Positions 9,011-16,173 of a stretch of DNA of 32,000 bases are shown here, one piece after another (within the stretch, counting starts at the first letter, position 1; each line of letters begins with the position of its first letter). Source of the stretch: Halomicrobium mukohataei DSM 12286. Lineage in GTDB: Archaea > Halobacteriota > Halobacteria > Halobacteriales > Haloarculaceae. Below the pieces are notes generated by a model. The model searched no databases and was not told the DNA's origin. It saw nothing but the letters and a program-made list of their open reading frames with translations. The translations under genes and the position numbers were made by a program. The stretch lies in NCBI RefSeq assembly GCF_000023965.1, contig NC_013202.1, positions 810,001 through 842,000 of the forward strand, read 5' to 3'.

Positions 9011-10022
9011 CAAAGGCCGCTCGTCACTGCTCCGAGCAGGACGGAAGTTAGGGCGCGCCGCTGCCGTACGTCTCGTCGAGGTACTCGACGATGTCAGACC
9101 CACCGTTTCCTCCTCGGGTTCGGTCTCTCCGTTCCCGAACCACTCGTCGCAAAACGTGGGCGAAAAGACCGTCCACTCGCTTCGCTCGTGGACGAAGAGA
9201 ATCCTTACGCTGCGCCGCTCCCGTACGTCTCGTCGAGGTACTCGACGATGTCAGACCCACCTTTTCCTCCTCGGGTTCGGTCTCTCCGTTCCCGAACCAC
9301 TCGTCGCAAAACGTGGGCGAAAAGACCGTCCACTCGCTTCGCTCGTGGACGAAGAGAACCCTTACGCTACGGTTCCGTACGTCTCGTCGAGGTACTCGAC
9401 GATGTCAGACCCACCTTTTCCTCCTCGGGTTCGGTCACTCCGTTCCCGAACCACTCGTCGCAAAACGTGGGCGAAAAGACCGCCCACTCGCTTCGCTCGT
9501 GGACGAAGAGAACCCTTACGCTACGGTTCCGTACGTCTCGTCGAGGTACTCGACGATGTCAGACCCACCTTTTCCTCCTCGGGTTCGGTCACTCCGTTCC
9601 CGAACCACTCGTCGCAAAACGTGGGCGAAAAGACCGCCCACTCGCTTCGCTCGTGGACGAAGAGAACCCTTACGCTACGGTTCCGTACGTCTCGTCGAGG
9701 TACTCGACGATGTCAGACCCACCTTTTCCTCCTCGGGTTCGGTCACTCCGTTCCCGAACCACTCGTCGCAAAACGTGGGCGAAAAGACCGCCCACTCGCT
9801 TCGCTCGTGGACGAAGAGAACCCTTACGCTACGGTTCCGTACGTCTCGTCGAGGTACTCGACGATGTCAGACCCACCTTTTCCTCCTCGGGTTCGGTCAC
9901 TCCGTTCCCGAACCACTCGTCGCAAAACGTGGGCGAAAAGACCGCCCACTCGCTTCGCTCGTGGACGAAGAGAACCCTTACGCTACGGTTCCGTACGTCT
10001 CGTCGAGGTACTCGACGATGTC
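9011..10022. repeat. Tandem array of a 154-bp unit, about 6.6 copies, non-coding, embedded in a convergent intergenic region
   Basis: The anchor gtacgtctcg recurs at 9066, 9223, 9377, 9531, 9685, 9839 and 9993, giving periods of 157, 154, 154, 154, 154 and 154. By eye, the copies starting at 9377, 9531, 9685 and 9839 are identical. The copy at 9223 has 2 substitutions. The copy at 9066 has more substitutions plus a 3-nt insertion. Positions 9011-9065 are a degenerate partial copy. The final partial copy (9993-10022) is the genuine 3' end of the glutaredoxin gene. Confidence 0.95.
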
Positions 10023-10232
10023 GTCGGACTCGGCCATTCCTTCGACGCCGTTGTCGGGGTCGACGAGGACCGGGACGCCGGTCTGGCCCGAGACCTCCTC
10101 GACTTCGGTGCGCTCGTCGTGGGAGCGCGGGACCATGTGGGACTGGTAGTCGAGATCGAGTTCGTCGAGCTTGTCGATCACTTTCGCGCAGTACGGGCAG
10201 CCTTCCAGCTCGTACAGTTCGAGGTTCGTCAT
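9978..10232 (-). CDS. Glutaredoxin (CPYC active site)
   Basis: ATG start, 84 aa. Motifs are LYELEGCPYCAKV and GVPVLVD. The stop is TAA at 9978-9980. Confidence 0.88.
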   Translation of the reverse strand: MTNLELYELEGCPYCAKVIDKLDELDLDYQSHMVPRSHDERTEVEEVSGQTGVPVLVDPDNGVEGMAESDDIVEYLDETYGTVA

Positions 10233-10307
10233 CGAGAGATAGTAGACGCTCGCGGTATATCAGCACCACGGTGGTGTGTGGCGTCCGGACACACCAGCAG
10301 ATCGACC

Positions 10308-11708
10308 TCAGAGACTCGTGAGGATCCCGCTGGTTCGGACGACGAAGTAGACGATGAAGGCGGCGGCGAGGAGCCACTGACCGACCAGCACGTCGTCAAA
10401 CTCTCCCTGTCCGGTCTTGACGATCGGGTAGGAGACGATCCCGGCGGCGATCCCGTAGGCGATCGAGTAGGTGAAGGGCATGACGATGATGGTGAGCGCG
10501 GCCGGCACCGAGTGTGCGAAGTCGTCCCACTGGATGTCGACGACGTTGCGCATCAGCAACACGGCGACGACGACCAGGGCGATGTGGGAGGCGTACTGCG
10601 GGATCGCCGCCGCCAGCGGCACGACGACGAGCGAGGCGAGGAAGAGGACGGCGATGACGAGCGCCGTCAGGCCGGTCCGACCGCCCTCCTCGACACCGGT
10701 CGCGGACTCGATGTACGTCGTCACCGTCGAGGTGCCGAGCATCCCGCCGATCGTCGTCCCGACGGCGTCGGCCATCAGCGGTTTGTCGATGTCGGGGAAG
10801 TCACCGTTCTCGTCGAGGAAGCCACCGGCCTGGCCCACGCCGACGAGCGTCCCGGCCGTGTCGAAGAAGTCCACGAAGAAGAACGTGAACACGATCAACG
10901 CGAAGGAAAAGGCCTCTACGTCGCCGAAGCCGCCGACGAACGCCCCCGCCAGCGGCGCGATGTTGTACTGTGCCTGGGGGATCGACTCGGGTGTGAGCAC
11001 GCCCCGGGAGAAGACGCCGGCGGCGGTCAGTCCCCAGCCGACGAGCGTCGTCGTGAGGATCCCGAGGACGATCGCACCGCGGATCCGCGCCGCGTAGAGG
11101 ACGAACGTCAGGAACAGACCGGCGACCGAGAGGATCGCGACGGGATTACTGGCGATGCTGCCGAGTGCTACCAGCGTCGCCGGGTCGTCGACGACGATCC
11201 CCATCGCCTGGAGGCCGATGATCGCGAGGAAGAGTCCGAGACCAGTCCCGACCGCGAACTTGACTGGTTCGGGAAACAGTTTGATCACGTACTCCCGTGC
11301 GCCGATAGCCGTGAGGACGATGAAGACGACCCCCTCGACGACGATCGCGGCGAGTGCAGTCTCCCAGGGAACGCCCAGAACGCCGATGACGGTGATCGCG
11401 AAGAAGGCGTTGAGTCCGAGTCCCGGCGCGAGGCCGAAGGGCCTGTTCGCGTAGAACGCCATCACGAACATCGCGATCGCGGAGGTGACGATCGTCACGA
11501 CCGCGAGCATCTGGAACACTTCGCCCGGCGTGAACCCGTCGATAGCGATCCCGCCCGGGACACCGTCGTCCGGGAACGCCGTGAGGATCGCGGGGTTGAC
11601 GACGACGATGTAACTCATCGTCAGGAACGTCGTGATCCCGGCCAGTACCTCCGTCCGAACGTCGGTGTCGTGTTCGTCAAGTCCGAAGAATCGTTCGAAT
11701 ACGCCCAT
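10308..11708 (-). CDS. NCS2 family nucleobase permease (AzgA-like adenine/guanine/hypoxanthine type)
   Basis: ATG start, 466 aa, polytopic membrane protein. The N-terminus FFGLDEHDTDVRTEVLAGITTFLTMSYIVVVNP is typical of AzgA-type NCS2 permeases. Confidence 0.85.
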   Translation of the reverse strand: MGVFERFFGLDEHDTDVRTEVLAGITTFLTMSYIVVVNPAILTAFPDDGVPGGIAIDGFTPGEVFQMLAVVTIVTSAIAMFVMAFYANRPFGLAPGLGLNAFFAITVIGVLGVPWETALAAIVVEGVVFIVLTAIGAREYVIKLFPEPVKFAVGTGLGLFLAIIGLQAMGIVVDDPATLVALGSIASNPVAILSVAGLFLTFVLYAARIRGAIVLGILTTTLVGWGLTAAGVFSRGVLTPESIPQAQYNIAPLAGAFVGGFGDVEAFSFALIVFTFFFVDFFDTAGTLVGVGQAGGFLDENGDFPDIDKPLMADAVGTTIGGMLGTSTVTTYIESATGVEEGGRTGLTALVIAVLFLASLVVVPLAAAIPQYASHIALVVVAVLLMRNVVDIQWDDFAHSVPAALTIIVMPFTYSIAYGIAAGIVSYPIVKTGQGEFDDVLVGQWLLAAAFIVYFVVRTSGILTSL

Positions 11709-11786
11709 CTACCTGTCACTCAGTCTTGTCGCTGTTAAACGTGACGAGAACGGCGGCGGCAGGTTAGCGTTTTGATAATTAGACGC

Positions 11787-12347
11787 TCACTCGGCAGCGT
11801 CGTCAGGCCGGTCGGCCAGCAGATCCGACGCCGTCACGAGCGAGGACAGTTCGAGGTCGTGCTCGGCGAGGTTCTCGCGGGCACCCTCTTCGCGGTCGAC
11901 GACGACGAGCACTCGCGAGACCGTCGCACCCGCCTCACGGAGTGCCTCGGCGGCGTCGACGGCGCTCTGGCCGGTCGTCGCGATGTCTTCGAGGATCACG
12001 ACCTCTTCGCCCTCGGCGAGGTCGCCCTCGATGAGGTTGGCGGTGCCGTACTCCTTCTGTTGCTTGCGCGCGATGACGTACGGCGTGCCCGTCTCGACGC
12101 TTGTGACGGCCACCAGCGGGACCGCACCCAGTGCGACGCCCGCGAGCGTGGTCCCCTCGGCGTACCAGTCGGCCCCGGCGAGCGTCTCGGCGAAGGCCTC
12201 GCCGATCAGTGCCAGACACTCCGGGTTCGTCTCGAAGACGTACTTGTCGACGTAGTAGTCGCTGGTCCCTCCGTGTGAGAGCTCGAACTCGCCGTACTTG
12301 ACGGCGTCAGCGTCCCGCAGCGCGGTGATGAGTGCGTCGTTGGCCAT
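11787..12347 (-). CDS. pyrE: Orotate phosphoribosyltransferase
   Basis: ATG start, 186 aa. It has the [19 protein letters not shown] motif and the PRPP-binding loop [13 protein letters not shown]. Confidence 0.85.
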   Translation of the reverse strand: MANDALITALRDADAVKYGEFELSHGGTSDYYVDKYVFETNPECLALIGEAFAETLAGADWYAEGTTLAGVALGAVPLVAVTSVETGTPYVIARKQQKEYGTANLIEGDLAEGEEVVILEDIATTGQSAVDAAEALREAGATVSRVLVVVDREEGARENLAEHDLELSSLVTASDLLADRPDDAAE

Positions 12348-12433
12348 ACCAGCAGTCTGCAGTGTGGCCGGTAAAAGGCGTTGAAACGGTGCGACCGTCC
12401 GGGGGAGGACCAGCGAGTGACCCGGGAGGTATC

Positions 12434-12514
12434 ATACGGATTATTGTAGCGATTTACCGGTGATCGTCTACTCCGTGGCGACGATCACCGGTAAGCAACT
12501 ACAATAAACCGTAT
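12434..12514. repeat. Long imperfect inverted repeat (35-nt arms, 11-nt spacer)
   Basis: The left arm is 12434-12468 (atacggattattgtagcgatttaccggtgatcgtc). The right arm, 12480-12514, is its reverse complement at 30 of 35 positions. The inner 15 bp are perfect, followed by a 4-nt internal loop and an outer 16 bp with 1 mismatch. The right arm abuts the stop codon of the 12514..13206 gene. Confidence 0.85.
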
Positions 12515-13206
12515 CAGTCGACGAGTCGCCAGCCGCCGTCGGCCCACTCGATCACGTCGCGTCGTTCCATCTCTGTGAGCACCTCGTCGAGACGGTCGGG
12601 CTGAGCGATCTCCATCTGGATGCGTTCGACGCCGTGATACTCCCGAAACAGGTGCCGGAGGTCGTCCTCGTCGTGGACTCGCTGGTCGCTCTTTGCCATC
12701 AGTCCCGAGAGGAGTTCGATCATGTCCTCGACGAAGTTCCAGGGGTAGACGACCCATGTCCACTCTTCGAGGCGTTCGCCGACGAAGTCGGGTTCGTGTT
12801 CGCTGGTGTCGAGCAGCTGTAGCGTGGCCGTGCGGACGCTCGCGGGGCCGGCCTCGCGGACGTAGTCGGCGGCGGTCTGGATCGACTTGCCGGTGTCGGC
12901 GATGTCGTCGACGACCAGCACGTCCTTGTCGGCGACGGAGTCGTCCGGCATCGGGTACTTGATCTTTGCCTCCTGGCCGGACTGGGCCGTGCCGACGTAG
13001 TGTTCGACCTTCAGACTCGTCAGGTCGTCCAGTCCGAGGAAGTCACAGAGACAGCGCCCGCCGAACCAACCCCCGCGGGCCAGCGCGACGACCACGTCGG
13101 GCTCGAAGTCGGCGGCCTTCACGTCGTTGGCGACGCGGCGACACAGGTCGTAGATGTACTCCCAGTTGGTGATGGTACACGAGAACTCCTCGGGGAGATC
13201 GCTCAT
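12514..13206 (-). CDS. Type I phosphoribosyltransferase (purine PRTase-like) with a C-terminal extension of roughly 80-100 aa
   Basis: ATG at 13206 (cat at 13204-13206), in frame with the stop at 12514, giving 230 aa. The PRPP loop is VLVVDDIADTGKS. The upstream part of the 502-aa track ORF is Arg-rich junk that overlaps the kinase gene. Confidence 0.8.
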   Translation of the reverse strand: MSDLPEEFSCTITNWEYIYDLCRRVANDVKAADFEPDVVVALARGGWFGGRCLCDFLGLDDLTSLKVEHYVGTAQSGQEAKIKYPMPDDSVADKDVLVVDDIADTGKSIQTAADYVREAGPASVRTATLQLLDTSEHEPDFVGERLEEWTWVVYPWNFVEDMIELLSGLMAKSDQRVHDEDDLRHLFREYHGVERIQMEIAQPDRLDEVLTEMERRDVIEWADGGWRLVD

Positions 13207-13271
13207 ACACGACCTGCGTGTGCGGGCGACCTTAAGCCGATTGCAACGGGTAGGCTTCCGCTCGATACGTG

Positions 13272-14681
13272 TCACTCCGGCGCTGGAGCGGCCGCACGCG
13301 GCAGGACGACGGTGATCGTGTTGCCCGTCTCGTCGTTGGTGGTAAACTCGATCCGGCCGTCCGAGAGATCGACGATCCAGTAGACCAGCCACAGTCCCAG
13401 CCCGGTGCTGTGGTACACGTCGCTCATCGGTTTGTCGCCGGTCAGCACGCGGTACTCGAACTCCGGCAGGGGCGGGCAGTCGTCGTCGATCACGATCACG
13501 ATCTCGTCGTCGCGAACGGTGCCGGTGATCCGGACGGTCGGAGCGTCGCTCTCGGCGTGTTTGACGGCGTTCTCGATCAGCTCCGAGAGCGCGACTTCGA
13601 CTTCCGCCAGCGCACTGGCGACGAGCTCGGGAGAGAGTGTCGTCTCGACGGTGGCTGCCGGGTAGCGAACGCGGACGCTCGCGAGCGCGGCGTCGACGGC
13701 CTCGGTCATATCGACGGTCGTCGGGCAGGCGGGCGACCGAAAGAGGTGGATCGTCTCGCGCTGTTTTTCGGTCGTCTGGAGGAGTGCCTCGCCGACCCGC
13801 CGGATGACTGCGGCCCGCTCCGGGGCGTCGACCTCGGGATCGTCGGCGATCAGCTCCGCCTGCCCGAGGATGGTCGTCATGTCGTTGCGGATGTTGTGGC
13901 GCAGGAGGTTGTCGACGACTGCGAGCTGGCGCTCCCGGCGGTTGCGATCGGTCACGTCTCTGGTGAAGCCGACGATGCGAACGACTTCCCCGTCCTCGAC
14001 GATCGGCTCCGCCTGGACCCACACCCAGCGGTTGTAGTTCTCGCCCGGGTTGACCCGGTACTCCATGTCGACCGATTCGCCACGGGAGAGCGCCGCCATC
14101 GAGCGCTCGACGGCGGGCACGTCGTCGGGATAGACACAGTCCATAAACGCGTCCGTATCCGCCTCGATGGCGTCGACCGAGCCGCCGTAGACGGATTCGT
14201 AGGCGGGGTTGAGAAAGAGCAGCTCCGACCAGTCCCCGCTGAACATCCAGAGCACGTCGTCGGTGTTGGCCGCTAGCTCCCGGAGTCGCGTCTCGGTTTC
14301 GTCGCGCTCGCGTTCGGCAGTGACCCGATCCGAGATATCGCGCGAGCTGACGACGTAGCCGCCCAGCTCCGAGTCCGTCAGGTTAGACATCCGACTCTCC
14401 AGCCACACCCATCCCCCCTCGCGCTGGCGGTGGCGGTACTCGACGGTCACGTCGAGGAACTCGTCGTCGACGGCGATCGTCTCCTCGAAGCGGGTCCGAA
14501 CGTAGTCCCGATCGGACGGATGCATGAACTCGAAGGCGTTCTCGCCGATCAGATCGTCTGGATCGTACCCGAGGATCGTCTTGGCCGCTCGATTGAGGTA
14601 CTGGTAGGTCCCGTCCCGGTCGACGACCGCGATCTTGTCCTGCGCGTAGTCGAGGAGCACGCGATCGACCGGTCGGTTCAT
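13272..14681 (-). CDS. PAS-domain sensor histidine kinase
   Basis: ATG at 14681 (codon 44 of the track ORF, whose own start is GTG). There are two PAS-like segments (IAVVDRDGTYQYLNRAAKTILGY; WMFSGDWSELLFLNPAYESVYG). These are followed by an H-box region (LRHNIRNDMTTILG) and an HATPase_c region (ELIENAVKH...GLGLWLV). Confidence 0.8.
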   Translation of the reverse strand: MNRPVDRVLLDYAQDKIAVVDRDGTYQYLNRAAKTILGYDPDDLIGENAFEFMHPSDRDYVRTRFEETIAVDDEFLDVTVEYRHRQREGGWVWLESRMSNLTDSELGGYVVSSRDISDRVTAERERDETETRLRELAANTDDVLWMFSGDWSELLFLNPAYESVYGGSVDAIEADTDAFMDCVYPDDVPAVERSMAALSRGESVDMEYRVNPGENYNRWVWVQAEPIVEDGEVVRIVGFTRDVTDRNRRERQLAVVDNLLRHNIRNDMTTILGQAELIADDPEVDAPERAAVIRRVGEALLQTTEKQRETIHLFRSPACPTTVDMTEAVDAALASVRVRYPAATVETTLSPELVASALAEVEVALSELIENAVKHAESDAPTVRITGTVRDDEIVIVIDDDCPPLPEFEYRVLTGDKPMSDVYHSTGLGLWLVYWIVDLSDGRIEFTTNDETGNTITVVLPRAAAPAPE

Positions 14682-14804
14682 ATCAGCGTGTATACACCGC
14701 GTGCGGGCAAAAGGATGGTGGTCGTTCACATGTGTCGGGCAGCGGGTGTCGAAAGCGACGGAGGCGGTAGCCCTAAGCCGGTCGGCACACGAGTGCACAG
14801 CGAG

Positions 14805-16169
14805 ATGCACGTCTTCGGGTCCAGCGGCGTCAGAGGTGTGGCAAACGAGGAGGTGACACCGGCGTACGTCCTACAGATCGCACAGGCGACCGGCTCGGTG
14901 TGGGACGACGCCCGAATCGCGCTGGCACGAGACACGCGGACCAGCGGGGAGATGCTCGCGGACGCCGCGGCCAGCGGGCTGGCCAGCACCGGCCACTCCG
15001 TCGACTTGCTCGGCGAAGCGCCGACGCCGACGTTACAGGCCTACTGTGCCCGTCACGGCGTCCCCGGCATGATGATCACCGCCTCGCACAACCCGCCAGC
15101 GTACAACGGCGTCAAGCTGATCGGCGCGGACGGGGTCGAACTCGACAGGACCGTCCTCGACGACATCGAGGATCGCCTCGAAGCCACGGAGTTCGACACC
15201 GTCCGGTGGGACGGGCTGGGCCGGACGAGGGCGGTCGACGGAGCCGGCGACGACTACATTACTGAAGTCCTCGACACCGTCGACCGGACGGCGATCGCGG
15301 CGGCGGATCTGACTGTGGTCGTGGACCCGGGCCACGGAGCCGGCTGTCACACCAGCCCGACGTTCCTGCGAGAGCTCGGCTGTACCGTCCGCACCGTCAA
15401 TGCCCAGCCCGACGGCCACTTCCCCGGTCGCGACCCGGAACCGATCGACCCGCACCTCGCCGACCTGCGAGAGTACGTCCGCACGACCGACGCCGACCTC
15501 GGCATCGCACACGACGGCGACGCCGACCGTGCGGTGTTCGTCGACGAGACCGGGACGACGATCAACGGCGACGCCGCACTCGCGGCGCTCGTCGAGGCGA
15601 CCGTCGAACCCGGCGACACCGTCGTCTCGGCGGTCAACGCCTCACAGCGCCTCGTCGACGTCGTCGAGGCCGCCGACGCCGAGCTGACGCTGACCCGGAT
15701 CGGCTCGACGTACCTCATCACGCGGATCCAGCAGCTCCGGGCGGCCGGCGAGACCGTCAGCGTCGCAGGTGAGGGCAACGGCGGCATCATCTTCCCGGGC
15801 TACCGGATCGCCCGAGACGGGGCCTACACCGCCGGGAAGTTCCTCGAACTCGTCGCCGAGGAACCCGCAAGCGAGATCGCCGCCCGCTTCGACGACTACG
15901 TCAACGTCCGCGCGGCCGTCGAGTACGAAGACGAGACAGAGCGCGCGGCGATGCTCGACGCCGTCGAAGCGGCCGCCACCGAGGCCGTCGCGGACCTCGA
16001 TACGACCGATGGCTACCGGCTGAACTACGGCGACGGGTGGGTCCTGGCCCGTCCGTCGGGGACCGAGCCCGTCGTCCGGATCTACGCCGAGGCCCACACC
16101 CAGCAGCGGGCAGACGAGCTGCTATCGACCTTCGCGGACCCGATCGATCGAGTCCGCGAAGACGGGTGA
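14805..16169 (+). CDS. Phosphohexomutase (archaeal phosphoglucosamine/phosphomannomutase family)
   Basis: The in-frame ATG at 14805 gives MHVFGSSGVRG. Motifs include the active-site serine loop TASHNPPAYNGVK, the metal loop HDGDADR and the C-terminal RPSGTEP motif. The product is 454 aa. Confidence 0.85.
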   Translation: MHVFGSSGVRGVANEEVTPAYVLQIAQATGSVWDDARIALARDTRTSGEMLADAAASGLASTGHSVDLLGEAPTPTLQAYCARHGVPGMMITASHNPPAYNGVKLIGADGVELDRTVLDDIEDRLEATEFDTVRWDGLGRTRAVDGAGDDYITEVLDTVDRTAIAAADLTVVVDPGHGAGCHTSPTFLRELGCTVRTVNAQPDGHFPGRDPEPIDPHLADLREYVRTTDADLGIAHDGDADRAVFVDETGTTINGDAALAALVEATVEPGDTVVSAVNASQRLVDVVEAADAELTLTRIGSTYLITRIQQLRAAGETVSVAGEGNGGIIFPGYRIARDGAYTAGKFLELVAEEPASEIAARFDDYVNVRAAVEYEDETERAAMLDAVEAAATEAVADLDTTDGYRLNYGDGWVLARPSGTEPVVRIYAEAHTQQRADELLSTFADPIDRVREDG

Positions 16170-16173
16170 GCGA

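Noticed and set aside
9011-10022. CRISPR array
   Set aside because: The entire 154-bp unit repeats head to tail with no unique spacers. The unit is far longer than a CRISPR repeat, and no cas genes or leader are present in the window.
9003-11738. A 911-aa + strand ORF, along with 9091..10149 (352 aa) and 9188..10321 (377 aa), running through the repeat array
   Set aside because: The peptides are basic and Arg/Ser/Pro-rich with 154-aa periodicity caused by the 154-bp repeat. They start at TTG/GTG/ATG by chance. They continue antisense through the well-supported glutaredoxin and NCS2 permease genes. This is inconsistent with the acidic proteome seen elsewhere in the window.
13207-14022. Upstream extension of the PRTase ORF (12514..14022, 502 aa)
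   Set aside because: The extension is Arg-rich junk that overlaps the histidine kinase gene in another frame. The homologous PRTase sequence starts at the ATG at 13206.
14430-14804. Upstream extension of the phosphohexomutase ORF (14430..16169)
   Set aside because: It is antisense to the N-terminus of the histidine kinase. The canonical mutase N-terminus MHVFGSSGVRG starts at 14805.
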